Origin: Patescibacteria group bacterium | Lineage (GTDB): Bacteria > Patescibacteriota > JABMPQ01 > JAHIRA01 | DNA: 64,000 bases | NCBI GenBank assembly: GCA_018818205.1 | Contig: JAHISJ010000006.1 | Location: 41,817-105,816, forward strand | Direction: 5' to 3' | Shown: in pieces, positions 38,959 to 49,706 of the stretch | How the letters are laid out: the number at the start of each line of letters is the position of its first letter | Numbering within the stretch: position 1 is the first letter of the stretch | Position numbers and translations under genes: made by a program | The notes under the pieces: generated by a model | Told to the model about the DNA's origin: nothing | The model's database searches: none | What the model saw: the letters and a program-made list of their open reading frames with translations, nothing else

Positions 38959-39276
38959 ATGATTAAAAATCCTTTAGAACATATTAAAAAAGCAGAAGAG
39001 AAAGCTTCCAAAGATCTTGAGGAAGCACAAAGAGAGGCACAGGAGCAGGTAGCTTCCGCAAAAAATGCGCAGGAAGAAGAACTGCTCAGCATAAAGAACA
39101 AAGCCAGTGAGAGCAGAAAAAAAGCGCTTGTTGGCGTTGAAGGGAAGATTACTGACCTTAAAGAGAAGAAAGTCGTTGAGATTAAGAAGAATTTAGAGGA
39201 CGTACAAAAACAGGGCGAGCAGAATATGGATAAGGCAGTTGATGCGGTGGTGTCCTCATTTATTAAACAAAATTAA
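38959..39276 (+). CDS. V/A-type ATPase subunit H/G (peripheral stalk)
   Basis: LEHIKKAEEKA...EEA coiled coil ending KAVDAVV; first gene of operon. Confidence 0.75.
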   Translation: MIKNPLEHIKKAEEKASKDLEEAQREAQEQVASAKNAQEEELLSIKNKASESRKKALVGVEGKITDLKEKKVVEIKKNLEDVQKQGEQNMDKAVDAVVSSFIKQN

Positions 39277-39295
39277 GTAGTGATGTAATACGGAT

Positions 39296-41344
39296 ATGGC
39301 GGTATCTAAAATTGTTAAAATTGATTTAATTTCGCTTAAGAAGCACGAGGGTAAGATACTCGATTTTCTTCATAACACCGGTTTTGTCCAAATTATTGAC
39401 AAACAGCGGATGGAAGGAGAGGAAGTGGCACGTGAAGAAAAGGAAGATTTTGAGAGAAGAGCCTTGGACGTTGATTATGTGCTTTCTGTACTTGGGCCCT
39501 ATGCAAAAAAAGAAAAAGTAAGTCTGGCTGACAAAGTGGCGCTTGGCGGAAAGATTAAACTCACCACAAAAGAGTATGAGGATGTGGTGCTTAATTATGA
39601 CTACAAATCGGTTGTCTCATCAGTCAAAAAAGTTGAATCACACATTCAATTTATATCCGAAACAAACAGTTCGCTTATAGAAGAGCAGGAACTTCTTAAA
39701 AAATGGATTAATATTGATTTTGATCTTTCGTCTGTGAGAGAGAGTTTGCGTGGACAGCTTATTTTTGGAAAGCTCCCTAAAAAACAAGAAAACGATTTTG
39801 TAAAAAAAGTCGGTCATGAAATCTCAGAAATTGAGGTACTTACCGTTGATTCGGATGAGAGCAGCGCGTATATGCTGGTGACATTCAATAAAGAGAAACG
39901 TGGATTATTTGATGAGCATGCTTTTGAATTTGGTTTTGAAGAAGTTGACTTGCCAAGTAAGGGTGATACACCAAGAAAGCATATCGCAAGCCTTGAAAAG
40001 ACTATAAAAGAGAATACAGCCGAGATTAAGAAGCTTAAAAAAGAGCTCAAGGGTATTGCAGAAAAAGATATGCGTGCGCTTAAAGTTACGTATGACTATT
40101 TTACGTGGCAAAAAGACATGGATAATGCCCGTATTCATTTTGATTTAACCAATAAGTCGTTTCTTGTGTCGTGTTGGGTACAAAAGAGTCACTTAAGTAC
40201 TCTTAGCGAAGGACTTAAAACAATTACCACAGATTTTTATATTCAAGAAGTAAAACCAAACAAGAGTGAGAAGACTCCCGTGCTCATTGAGAACAGAAAT
40301 TTTATTAAGCCGTTTGAGACGGTAACCAAGATTTACGGACTTCCCAAGACAAACGAAGTCGACCCAACTCCATATCTTGCGCCGTTTTTTATTGTCTACT
40401 TTGCATTGTGTCTTACCGATGCAGGATATGGATTACTCCTTGCAGTCGGCACATTTCTTGCGATTAAACTCTTAAAGATTCCCAAAGAGAAGCAACGGCT
40501 GCTCAAACTGCTTATGTATGGAGGTATCATGACGTTTATTATTGGAGCACTATTTGGTGGATGGTTCGGTATTGAGTCTCAGTATTTGCCGCCTTTCTTA
40601 CAATCAATCCAAGTTATAAATCCGCTTGATGATGTTATGCTGGTTCTTGGTCTTGCCGCATCACTCGGGTTTATTCAGATTCTGGTGGGTATTTTGATTA
40701 AACTGTACTGGAGTGCTAAAAATAAGGATTATTCAAAAGAAGTGCTTATTGATGCGCTTTGGTTTGTTATTCTTCTCTCAGGTGCGCTGTGGATTCTATG
40801 TAACAGTGTATTCCATATTGCTGTTGCAGCTCAGATACTGTTGATTCTACTGCTTGCCGCGGCGTTTGTTGTGGTGTGGATATCTGGTAATAATGTTTTC
40901 AAAAATAAGATTACTGGTATTAAAGAGAAAGAGGGGAAGTCTACACGGTATTATACCTGGCTTATTCTCGGCACTATTATTGGTTTTCCCATTAGAATCC
41001 TCACGGGTATTTTGGGGCTTTACACGGTTGTTGGGTATGTGTCAGATGTGCTTTCATATTCTCGTCTCTTGGCTCTTGGCCTTGCAACGGGCATTATTGC
41101 TATGGCAATCAATATTATTGCGTTGCTCGTTAAAGATATGGTACCGTATGCGGGATATGTACTGATGATTTTGGTACTGGTTGGTGGGCATACGTTTAAT
41201 ATTGCTATTAACGTACTGGGAGCGTATATCCATTCCGGTCGTTTGCAGTTTGTTGAGTTTTTCCCTAAATTTCTTGAAGGTGGTGGTGAAGTCTTTATTC
41301 CGTTTGAAAGAAAAGGAAAATATATTGAACTTACTGCAAAGTAG
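39296..41344 (+). CDS. ntpI: V/A-type ATPase subunit I (a)
   Basis: YGLP...EVDPTP, DAGYG, SDVLSYSRLLALGLA, GHTFN, H..RLQFVEFF. Confidence 0.97.
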   Translation: MAVSKIVKIDLISLKKHEGKILDFLHNTGFVQIIDKQRMEGEEVAREEKEDFERRALDVDYVLSVLGPYAKKEKVSLADKVALGGKIKLTTKEYEDVVLNYDYKSVVSSVKKVESHIQFISETNSSLIEEQELLKKWINIDFDLSSVRESLRGQLIFGKLPKKQENDFVKKVGHEISEIEVLTVDSDESSAYMLVTFNKEKRGLFDEHAFEFGFEEVDLPSKGDTPRKHIASLEKTIKENTAEIKKLKKELKGIAEKDMRALKVTYDYFTWQKDMDNARIHFDLTNKSFLVSCWVQKSHLSTLSEGLKTITTDFYIQEVKPNKSEKTPVLIENRNFIKPFETVTKIYGLPKTNEVDPTPYLAPFFIVYFALCLTDAGYGLLLAVGTFLAIKLLKIPKEKQRLLKLLMYGGIMTFIIGALFGGWFGIESQYLPPFLQSIQVINPLDDVMLVLGLAASLGFIQILVGILIKLYWSAKNKDYSKEVLIDALWFVILLSGALWILCNSVFHIAVAAQILLILLLAAAFVVVWISGNNVFKNKITGIKEKEGKSTRYYTWLILGTIIGFPIRILTGILGLYTVVGYVSDVLSYSRLLALGLATGIIAMAINIIALLVKDMVPYAGYVLMILVLVGGHTFNIAINVLGAYIHSGRLQFVEFFPKFLEGGGEVFIPFERKGKYIELTAK

Positions 41345-41397
41345 GACTATACTTACTAAACTTAGTTTATTTATAAGTTAATTAATTAAGCAAAACG

Positions 41398-41871
41398 ATG
41401 GTAGGATTAGCATTAGCAATCGCAGGCGCAGCATTTGCTGCTATATTTGCTGGAATCGGTTCAGCAGTTGGAGTGGGAACTGCAGGACGAGCCGGCGCGG
41501 GCGTTGTGTCAGAAAAACCTGAGCTCTTTGGTAAAGTTCTTCTTTTGGAAGCACTTCCTGGAACGCAGGGTATTTATGGATTTCTTGTAGCATTTATTGT
41601 AATGCTTCAAACTGGTCTTTTAGGTGGTGAGCCAGTAGAGCTTTCTGTTGGCCAGGGACTTGTCATTTTTGCCGCATGTCTTCCTGTTGCTTTTGGGGGA
41701 TTATTTTCTGGTATTCACCAGGGTAAGGTTTCTGCAGCAGGTCTAAACATTGTTGCAAAACAGCCTGATAAATCGGGTAATGCAGTTATTCTCTCAGCTA
41801 TGGTTGAGACGTATGCACTTCTCGGTTTGGTTATCTCAATTCTTACAGTCTTATTCTTCAAATTAGATTAG
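41398..41871 (+). CDS. ntpK: V/A-type ATPase subunit K (c), 4-TM, Na+-binding signature
   Basis: LPGTQGIYG, GIHQG, MVETYA. Confidence 0.95.
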   Translation: MVGLALAIAGAAFAAIFAGIGSAVGVGTAGRAGAGVVSEKPELFGKVLLLEALPGTQGIYGFLVAFIVMLQTGLLGGEPVELSVGQGLVIFAACLPVAFGGLFSGIHQGKVSAAGLNIVAKQPDKSGNAVILSAMVETYALLGLVISILTVLFFKLD

Positions 41872-41879
41872 GAATAACG

Positions 41880-42443
41880 ATGGCATTAGACGACATAATC
41901 ACATCAATTGACAAAGAGAACAAGAAAGAGATTGCAAAACTGCAAAAGGAAGCAGACAATCGTGCAAAGGATATTCAGGTAGAAACTGACGCTAAGAAGA
42001 AAGAGCTTCACAGCGTGATTTTGGAAGAAGTCACCAAAGAAGCAGAAACCTTTGTTGCACAGGCTGAGTATGCCCTGAGAATGAAGCAAAAGAATGCTCT
42101 CTTGCAAAAAAAGCAAGCACTTATCACCGAGGCATATGATAAGGCGCTTTTGAAGCTCAAAGATCTTGATGACGCTCAGTATGGTGATATTGTTTCACGT
42201 CTCCTTAAGGAAATGGGTACGGGTGATTTTGAGATTGTTCCTGCAAAAGGAAGGGAAGATATCACCAAAAGGGCAGTGGAAGCTGCGGGAAAGGGATATA
42301 CAGTGAGCAGTGAGACAATAGAGGCAGTAGGCGGGTTTAAAGCAGTATCAAAGGACGTAGAAATAGACAACACCTTTGGATCATTGCTTGAATCCATGAA
42401 GGATGACCTTGACGTTACTGTTTCTGAAACTCTCTTTACTTAA
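41880..42443 (+). CDS. ntpE: V/A-type ATPase subunit E
   Basis: MALDDI..I coiled coil; GGF......EIDNTF; operon position. Confidence 0.9.
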   Translation: MALDDIITSIDKENKKEIAKLQKEADNRAKDIQVETDAKKKELHSVILEEVTKEAETFVAQAEYALRMKQKNALLQKKQALITEAYDKALLKLKDLDDAQYGDIVSRLLKEMGTGDFEIVPAKGREDITKRAVEAAGKGYTVSSETIEAVGGFKAVSKDVEIDNTFGSLLESMKDDLDVTVSETLFT

Positions 42444-42459
42444 GTTTTCTCTATAACTA

Positions 42460-43482
42460 GTGAAATCATCAATGAAAAGTACTGCTGACTACATTTTGGC
42501 CACTGGTCGTATTAGGGTGCTCGAGAAGGATCTTATTACTTCTGATGCGTTAACTCGTATGATTGAAGCACGAGACGAAGAAGAGGCTTTTAAGGTTTTG
42601 AGTGAGTTCGATTATTCTGACGAGCTTTTAAAGGAAAGTAATCCTGAAAAATACGAACAGGTGCTTGCACACGATATGATGCAGACGAGGCAGTTTGTTA
42701 AGGAAGTTGTGGATGACGAACGTGTTTTGAATTGGCTCTTTTCTGAGCATGATTTTCACAATGCAAAATGCATGTTTAAGCAGAAGTTTTTTGAGGAAGA
42801 TCTCTCCAGTTACATATCAAAGCTTGGAAATGTGGATGTAGAAAAACTACGAGAAGCTATTGTGGATGAGTCAGATTCGCTGCCTGAGGGGGAATTTAAA
42901 ACGATTATTCAAGATGCTCAAGAGTTTTTCTCTACTGATGAGACAAAACACCCTGAGCGAGTGGATGCGTATCTTGATCAGCAGTACTATGGGTATCTTC
43001 TCATGACTGCAAAAGAACTTAATGACGAATTTGTGCTTAATCTCACCAAGAAGCGCATTGATCTTGCAAATAGTAAACTCATGGTACGAGGGAAAGAGCT
43101 CGAGAAGGACTTTGCGTTTATTGAAGAGCGTTTTATTGATGGGGGAACCTTAAACGTAGATCTGTATCGTTCCAGATTTGAAGATGAGAGTAATGAAACG
43201 TTTTTGCTTGAAGTGTCACATATCTTTGTATCACCGATTGTTGAAGAGTATATCAAACAGGCACTTGAAACTGGTTCATACTACTTACTAGAGAAAGCAT
43301 TTGAGGTTTTTGAGGCAAGCATTGCTAGTGAAGGAAAGAAGGAAGCGTTTGGCTTAGAGGTACTTCTTGCGTACGTTCTTGCTAAAAAGATTGCCAACAT
43401 GAACATCAGGAAAGTAATGGTCGGAAAGATTAACGGCATTCCAAAAGAACAGATTCTTGATAGAATAATTGAGTTTGCTTAA
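42460..43482 (+). CDS. ntpC: V/A-type ATPase subunit C (d)
   Basis: Y..ATGRIRVLE..L, DFHN.K, ID..N.K, FG.E..LAY..AK, NIR..M.GK. Confidence 0.9.
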   Translation: MKSSMKSTADYILATGRIRVLEKDLITSDALTRMIEARDEEEAFKVLSEFDYSDELLKESNPEKYEQVLAHDMMQTRQFVKEVVDDERVLNWLFSEHDFHNAKCMFKQKFFEEDLSSYISKLGNVDVEKLREAIVDESDSLPEGEFKTIIQDAQEFFSTDETKHPERVDAYLDQQYYGYLLMTAKELNDEFVLNLTKKRIDLANSKLMVRGKELEKDFAFIEERFIDGGTLNVDLYRSRFEDESNETFLLEVSHIFVSPIVEEYIKQALETGSYYLLEKAFEVFEASIASEGKKEAFGLEVLLAYVLAKKIANMNIRKVMVGKINGIPKEQILDRIIEFA

Positions 43483-43487
43483 AACCA

Positions 43488-43811
43488 ATGAAGACGTATC
43501 ACATTGCTATTTTAGGATCAAAAGACGCTATTTTAGGGTTTAAAGCTATTGGCGTAAAACCGGTATCTGTCACGTCCAAGACAGAGATGCTTGAGAAGCT
43601 CGAGAAGCTTTGTGATTCCGGAGAGTATGCCGTTTTGTTGATTACTGAAGACTTTTTTGCGCAGGGCAAAGATGAGGTATTTGAGTTAAGTAAGAGACCA
43701 CTTCCTGCAATTATCCCCATTCCGTCACACAGGGGAAGTGAAGGTCTTGGTCAAGAAAAGATCAAGCGTATTGTTGAGCAAGCTGTTGGTAGTGATATTT
43801 TAGATAAGTAA
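43488..43811 (+). CDS. atpF: V/A-type ATPase subunit F
   Basis: IAILG.KD..LGFKAIG, PAIIPIP, VEQAVGSDI. Confidence 0.92.
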   Translation: MKTYHIAILGSKDAILGFKAIGVKPVSVTSKTEMLEKLEKLCDSGEYAVLLITEDFFAQGKDEVFELSKRPLPAIIPIPSHRGSEGLGQEKIKRIVEQAVGSDILDK

Positions 43812-43931
43812 TTCGCTTAAGGTGGGCTTATCCCACGTTGCGTGAATAATTTCTAATGTTCGATTTTCAATACGGTTTAGAGGAAGGTTTTGGAAATTGA
43901 ACATTAGCAATTGAAAATTAAATAATGTGTT

Positions 43932-45704
43932 ATGTCTGAAGAAAACAATAACGTTCACGGTACTATTGTTAAAGTCTCTGGTCCACTAGTTGTTGCCAAG
44001 GGGATGAATGGTGCAAGAATGTTTGATGTGGTTAAGGTTTCTGATAAAAAACTGACCGGTGAAATCATTGAACTTGCAGGTGATACCGCTTCTATTCAGG
44101 TCTATGAGGAGACTTCAGGTATTGGTGCTGGAGAGCCAGTATACTCAACGGGTATTCCGCTGTCTGTAGAACTTGCTCCAGGTCTTATTTCATCCATTTA
44201 CGATGGTATCCAAAGACCGCTTAACCTTCTTAAAGAAGTTGCAGGTGATTATATTACTCGTGGAATCGAGGTCCCAGGCATTGATCATGAAAAAAAATGG
44301 ACATTTAAACCACTAGTGAGTGTTGGTGACGAGGTTTTCTCGGGTGATTTCCTTGGTGAAGTAGAAGAGACGGTAACGGTTCTGCACAAGGTCATGGTGC
44401 CGGTTGGTACTCAAGGCAAGGTGAAGGATATTAAAGAGGGTGATTTTAACGTTACTGATACAATCGCTGTTATTGAAACAGAAGATGGCGACAAGGAAGT
44501 CGCTATGCTTCAAAAGTGGCCGATTCGCGATCCGCGCCCGGTTAAAGAAAAACTGGTGCCAAAAGAGCCGCTTATTACCGGACAGCGTGTTATTGATACA
44601 TTTTTCCCCATTGTAAAAGGTGGTGCGGGTTGTGTACCGGGACCGTTTGGTGCAGGAAAAACAGTTATTCAACATCAACTTGCTAAGTGGGCAGATGCAG
44701 ATATTGTGGTTTTTATTGGCTGTGGTGAACGTGGAAATGAGATGACCGATGTGCTTATGGAGTTTCCGGAGCTTAAAGATCCACGGTCGGGTGAACCACT
44801 TATGAAGAGAACAGTGCTTATTGCAAATACGTCAAATATGCCGGTTGCTGCCCGTGAGGCATCTATTTATACCGGTATTACCATTGCTGAATACTACAGG
44901 GACATGGGATTTAAAGTAGCACTTATGGCTGATTCAACATCACGTTGGGCAGAGGCACTGAGAGAAGTCTCCGGACGCCTTGCCGAAATGCCGGGTGAAG
45001 AAGGGTATCCCGCATACCTTGGTTCAAGAACAGCAAGTTTTTATGAACGAGCCGGTAAAGTCGAATGTCTTTCAAGCAAGGGGAGAGAAGGCTCGCTTAC
45101 GGTTGTTGGTGCGGTGTCTCCTCCTGGTGGTGACCTTTCTGAACCGGTTACGCAAAATACGCTTCGGGTTACCAAAGTATTTTGGGGGCTTGATGCAGCG
45201 CTTGCTTATAAGCGACACTTTCCCGCAATTAACTGGCTTACGAGTTACTCACTCTATTTAGATGATATTAAAGGATATCTAGCAAAAGAGGCAGGTGAGG
45301 ACTTTCCGGATCTTCAATCAGAAGCTATGAAGATTTTGCAGCACGAGGCTGAACTTGAAGAAATAGTCCGATTGGTGGGTATTGATGCATTGTCACCAAA
45401 AGAACAGTTGGTACTTAACACGGCAAAGTCAATTAGGGAGGATTTTCTCCATCAAAACGCCTTTGATGATGTAGACACCTATTCATCAATCAAGAAGCAG
45501 TACCTCATGATGAAAGCCATCTTAACGTTTCACAATAAAGGTGTAGATGTGCTTGAGAAGGGCGCGGATCTTAAGGATCTGTTAAAACTTCCGGTCCTAG
45601 AAAAGATTGGTCGAAGTAAAATGACGCCAGAAGATAAACTTGATGAACTCGAAGCTATGGTTGCCAAAGCAGCATCTGAGCCAGAGAGCGTCACATTGAA
45701 ATAA
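43932..45704 (+). CDS. ntpA: V/A-type ATPase catalytic subunit A
   Basis: GPFGAGKT Walker [33 protein letters not shown]. Confidence 0.99.
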   Translation: MSEENNNVHGTIVKVSGPLVVAKGMNGARMFDVVKVSDKKLTGEIIELAGDTASIQVYEETSGIGAGEPVYSTGIPLSVELAPGLISSIYDGIQRPLNLLKEVAGDYITRGIEVPGIDHEKKWTFKPLVSVGDEVFSGDFLGEVEETVTVLHKVMVPVGTQGKVKDIKEGDFNVTDTIAVIETEDGDKEVAMLQKWPIRDPRPVKEKLVPKEPLITGQRVIDTFFPIVKGGAGCVPGPFGAGKTVIQHQLAKWADADIVVFIGCGERGNEMTDVLMEFPELKDPRSGEPLMKRTVLIANTSNMPVAAREASIYTGITIAEYYRDMGFKVALMADSTSRWAEALREVSGRLAEMPGEEGYPAYLGSRTASFYERAGKVECLSSKGREGSLTVVGAVSPPGGDLSEPVTQNTLRVTKVFWGLDAALAYKRHFPAINWLTSYSLYLDDIKGYLAKEAGEDFPDLQSEAMKILQHEAELEEIVRLVGIDALSPKEQLVLNTAKSIREDFLHQNAFDDVDTYSSIKKQYLMMKAILTFHNKGVDVLEKGADLKDLLKLPVLEKIGRSKMTPEDKLDELEAMVAKAASEPESVTLK

Positions 45705-45760
45705 TGTATTTTTGGGCGCGGATGACGCGTGAATGCACATAATTAGCTAATTTACGTAGT

Positions 45761-47212
45761 ATGCTTAAAGAATATAAAACAGTCAAAGAGATCACCGGAC
45801 CGCTCGTTATAGTTGAAGGCGTGTCTGACGTGAAATATGAGGAGCTCGTTGACATTGAGCTTCAAGACGGATCAAAAAGAAGAGGCCGGGTACTTGAGGT
45901 AGATGGGGACAAAGCGGTTATTCAGCTTTTTGAGGAAACCCGTGGTATTTCTGTAGAGGGTACTAAAGCAAAGTTTCTTGGTAAAACAATGGAGCTTCCC
46001 GTTTCTGAAGAGATGCTTGGCCGCGTTTTTGATGGTTCAGGAAGACCAAAAGATAAGGGACCAAAAATAATTCCTGAAAAGAAACTCGATATTAATGGTG
46101 CTCCGCTTAATCCGTATGCTCGTGATTATCCAAATGACTTTATTCAGACCGGTGTTTCAACCATTGATGGTATGAACACGTTGGTTCGTGGCCAAAAGCT
46201 TCCTATCTTTTCCGGTTCCGGACTTCCGCATGCAGAGCTTGCTGCAATGATTGCACGGCAAGCAAAGGTAACAAAACCGGGAGAAAAAGACGGTGACGGA
46301 GGAGAATTTGCAGTGGTGTTTGGTGCTATGGGAATTACCTTTGCTGAATCGGAATTCTTTATCAATGAATTTAGGAAAACAGGTGCTATTGAGCGCGCAA
46401 CTCTCTTTGTAAACTTGGCAGATGATCCGGTAGTTGAGCGAATCATTCTTCCTCGTCTTGCGCTTACTGCCGCTGAGTATCTTGCGTTTGAAAAGGGAAT
46501 GCACGTACTGGTTATTTTGACTGATCTCACCAATTACTGTGAGGCACTCAGAGAAGTGAGTGCGGCGCGTAAAGAGGTACCGGGAAGACGTGGATATCCT
46601 GGTTATTTGTATACTGATCTTGCTACGCTGTATGAGCGAGCTGGTCGTATTAAAGGAAAGCCGGGTTCGATTACGCAGATTCCTATTCTCTCCATGCCAG
46701 AAGATGATAAAACGCATCCAATCCCAGATCTTACCGGATATATTACTGAAGGACAGATTATGCTTTCTCGCGAACTGCACAATAAAGGCATTTTCCCTCC
46801 GATTGATGTGCTTCCATCTCTTTCTCGTCTAAAAGATAAGGGTATTGGTGAAGGAAAGACGAGAGAAGATCATTCCGGTGTGTTGAATCAGTTATTTGCT
46901 GCATATGCTCGGGGAAAAGATGCAAAAGAACTTGCCGTTATTCTTGGCGAGGCTGCACTTTCTGATGCAGACAAAAAATTTGCAAAATTTGCCGATGAAT
47001 TTGAGAATCGATTTGTCAGACAGAAATCAGATGAAGATAGATCAATTATCGAGACACTGACATTGGGCTGGGAGCTTATGTCAATTCTCCCAGAATCTGA
47101 GCTTAAGCGTGTAAAAGAAGAGCAGATAAAGAAGTATCTTCCGAGTGCTAAAAAAGAGGAAAAGAAGATAGAGAAGGTTGAGGAAGAAGAGAAAGAAAAG
47201 GAGCTCGTCTAG
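45761..47212 (+). CDS. ntpB: V/A-type ATPase subunit B
   Basis: [46 protein letters not shown]. Confidence 0.99.
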   Translation: MLKEYKTVKEITGPLVIVEGVSDVKYEELVDIELQDGSKRRGRVLEVDGDKAVIQLFEETRGISVEGTKAKFLGKTMELPVSEEMLGRVFDGSGRPKDKGPKIIPEKKLDINGAPLNPYARDYPNDFIQTGVSTIDGMNTLVRGQKLPIFSGSGLPHAELAAMIARQAKVTKPGEKDGDGGEFAVVFGAMGITFAESEFFINEFRKTGAIERATLFVNLADDPVVERIILPRLALTAAEYLAFEKGMHVLVILTDLTNYCEALREVSAARKEVPGRRGYPGYLYTDLATLYERAGRIKGKPGSITQIPILSMPEDDKTHPIPDLTGYITEGQIMLSRELHNKGIFPPIDVLPSLSRLKDKGIGEGKTREDHSGVLNQLFAAYARGKDAKELAVILGEAALSDADKKFAKFADEFENRFVRQKSDEDRSIIETLTLGWELMSILPESELKRVKEEQIKKYLPSAKKEEKKIEKVEEEEKEKELV

Positions 47213-47225
47213 AAGAATTTTTTAC

Positions 47226-47334
47226 TGTCATCCCGGAATTTCACTTCTGAGTGAAACATCCGGGATCTCGTGGCTTACAGACTGTAAGCGATAAGACTCC
47301 GGTTCAGTCTTAGGAAAGACTGTCCGGAATGACA
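47226..47334. repeat. TGTCATCCCGGA-ended palindromic miniature element, copy 2
   Basis: TGTCATCCCGGA...TCCGGAATGACA; arms match the reverse complement of copy 1 arms. Confidence 0.85.
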
Positions 47335-47351
47335 CCTAACGCATTACTACC

Positions 47352-47969
47352 ATGGCTAAACTTAACGTCAATCCGACTCGCATGGAGCTTCTTAAGCTCA
47401 AAAAGCGAGCTAAGACAGCAACAAGGGGGCATAAGCTTCTCAAAGAAAAACGTGATGGGCTCATGAAGAGCTTCATGTCGATTATTAGAGAAGCAAAAGA
47501 TCTTCGCTCTACAGTTGAGCGTGATCTTGGCGAGGCGTTTAAGAATTTTATGTTTGCATCGGCATCAATGAAAACCGAGGCGCTTAACGAGTCGCTTGCT
47601 GTTCCTAGTCAAAAAATGAAACTTGAAGCGTCGACTAAGAACGTTATGAGTGTTAATATCCCTGAGTTTAAGTCGTCAGTTGAGGGTGATTTTGTGTGTT
47701 ACAGTTTAGCTTCTACAAGTGTAGAGCTTGATGGTTCGCTCAAAACATTTTCTCATGTGTTAAGTGATATTATTAGACTTGCCGAAATAGAGCACTCTGC
47801 GTATCTTTTGGCGTGTGAAATCGAAAAAACAAGAAGACGGGTAAATGCGCTTGAACATGTTATGATCCCGAATATGGAAGAAACGGTGAAGTATATCACC
47901 ATGAAGCTTTCTGAGCAAGAACGAGCAGCTATTACGAGCATTATGGCCATCAAAGATAGACTTGGTTAG
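47352..47969 (+). CDS. ntpD: V/A-type ATPase subunit D
   Basis: NPTRMEL, RGHKLLKEKRD, EIEKTRRRVNALEH..IP. Confidence 0.97.
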   Translation: MAKLNVNPTRMELLKLKKRAKTATRGHKLLKEKRDGLMKSFMSIIREAKDLRSTVERDLGEAFKNFMFASASMKTEALNESLAVPSQKMKLEASTKNVMSVNIPEFKSSVEGDFVCYSLASTSVELDGSLKTFSHVLSDIIRLAEIEHSAYLLACEIEKTRRRVNALEHVMIPNMEETVKYITMKLSEQERAAITSIMAIKDRLG

Positions 47970-48007
47970 TAGCCAGCGCTTTTTAGCTACTATCTAACTA
48001 ATAACAA

Positions 48008-48472
48008 ATGACAACATATACGTGTGAATATTGTGAACGCAAGAAAGCTGAGGCTCTTGCGATTTTTTGTATGGATTATCGGTTTCACGATGCACTCCAT
48101 GATTACATAAAAAATACTCTGGGCATTAAGCATTATGATCGCGTTGCTGTTGCCGGAGCAGGGAAGAGCTTGCTCGAGACGCATCATCACCCCGATTATA
48201 TCGTTCTTAAAAAGCAGATAGATCTTTCCGCAAAGTTACATGATATACAGAAGGTGATTATTGTACATCATACTGATTGTGGGGCGTACGGTGGTGTAAA
48301 GGCATTTGAGGACACGGAGCATGAAAAGACAAAGCATTTGCATGATATGAATAACATTGCAAAAGTCATACAAGAAGAAATACTTCCGGGCATTGAGATT
48401 ATTCAGGTTTTTCTCAATCTAAATGTTGAAGGAAATAATAAAAAAATTCGAGCTGAAGTGATTTCAAAATAA
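48008..48472 (+). CDS. Putative beta-class carbonic anhydrase-like protein
   Basis: CMDYR, AGAG, HHTDCGAYGG zinc-ligand motifs. Confidence 0.8.
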   Translation: MTTYTCEYCERKKAEALAIFCMDYRFHDALHDYIKNTLGIKHYDRVAVAGAGKSLLETHHHPDYIVLKKQIDLSAKLHDIQKVIIVHHTDCGAYGGVKAFEDTEHEKTKHLHDMNNIAKVIQEEILPGIEIIQVFLNLNVEGNNKKIRAEVISK

Positions 48473-49155
48473 TGTCTACATTAAGATCAGTACTCAATTT
48501 TTTTGGGTTTTCTGTCTGTCATCAGATTCCCAGTAAAACATATTCGGCATTTGGTGTGCCGATTTGTTTTTGTGCTCGGTGTCTGGGCATATACACTGCG
48601 TTTTTTTTAGTCTTTACCTATTACTTCGGCATTAAAAGAGCCATTTTAGGAAAACACGCAAACAACGCACTACCGAGAGGGTACTATCTTTTTTCATTTG
48701 GGCTTGTTGTGCTTATGCCTCTTGATGTGTTGTTTCAAGCCATCGGATTGTACCATAGCAATACAATGAGACTTATAACGGGGCTTCTTTTTGGCTTTGG
48801 TATGGCCCAAATTATCCTGATGCTGTATGTGGATATTTTTAGGAGTGGTACAAAAAAAGTCAGGCAAGCTATTTTCAGTAGGTTAGAATTTTTGATTCAA
48901 CTGATTAGTATCGTTTTCATTGCCTGTATCATTCTTTTCCAAAACGATTATATTCTTTTTGGAACAAGTATTTTAGCTGTTTTGGGTCTTGTAATGCTGG
49001 GGATTGTTGTTCATCTTATTGCTTTTGCTATTTTCTCTGAATTCATACTAAAAAAGAAAATAACACGGGTATCCGTGCCACTTTTTATTCTTGCAGTAGT
49101 GTTTGTGATGGGTGAATTAGCCTTTTTGTATTTCCTGCACAAAACATTAGTCTAA
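48472..49155 (+). CDS. DUF2085 family membrane protein
   Basis: VCHQ.P, CARCLGIY, R..TGLLFG. Confidence 0.8.
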   Translation: MSTLRSVLNFFGFSVCHQIPSKTYSAFGVPICFCARCLGIYTAFFLVFTYYFGIKRAILGKHANNALPRGYYLFSFGLVVLMPLDVLFQAIGLYHSNTMRLITGLLFGFGMAQIILMLYVDIFRSGTKKVRQAIFSRLEFLIQLISIVFIACIILFQNDYILFGTSILAVLGLVMLGIVVHLIAFAIFSEFILKKKITRVSVPLFILAVVFVMGELAFLYFLHKTLV

Positions 49156-49202
49156 ATACAAAACAAAAAGAGCAAAATTGTTTTACTCTTTTTGTTTTTG
49201 TT

Positions 49203-49535
49203 TTAGTACGTGTATGTGTTTGTAGTAACAGCATCACCAAAAAATGATAGACCGCCACCAAAAAGAACCATTACGAGCCAGCAAATACACGGGATAAGTG
49301 CAAAGATAATACCGACGGTAAGACAAATCTTACCAAACTTCTTTACCTCTTCACCTTCCTTGGTCATGTAAACGATACCTAAAATGATACCAACGAGAGG
49401 AATAACAGCTGAGAGGATATAGAACAGCCAAGTAGGATTCGGTGGTTTCGCAGGACCTTGTGGCGCTTTCTCAGTGCTTTGCGTAGGTTTTTGTTCCTCG
49501 GTTGGTTGTGTTTGTGTTGGTTGTGTTTCTTCCAT
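49203..49535 (-). CDS. Small two-TM hypothetical protein
   Basis: GGGGGTGA SD; Gln/Thr/Pro N-terminus; IPLVGIILGIVY...GK.CL. Confidence 0.7.
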   Translation of the reverse strand: MEETQPTQTQPTEEQKPTQSTEKAPQGPAKPPNPTWLFYILSAVIPLVGIILGIVYMTKEGEEVKKFGKICLTVGIIFALIPCICWLVMVLFGGGLSFFGDAVTTNTYTY

Positions 49536-49706
49536 TAGACTCACCCCCTTTCAAAAAGGTTTTTTGTTTTTAATATGCCTATGTACTATTATAGCACATT
49601 TTTTAAAATTTTTAAAGTGTTTTTACAAAAACATGTGCAGAAGCAAATAGTTCTTTTTGCTACATGAATAATGTGATATACTTTTTGTGTTAATATATTT
49701 TAAACT

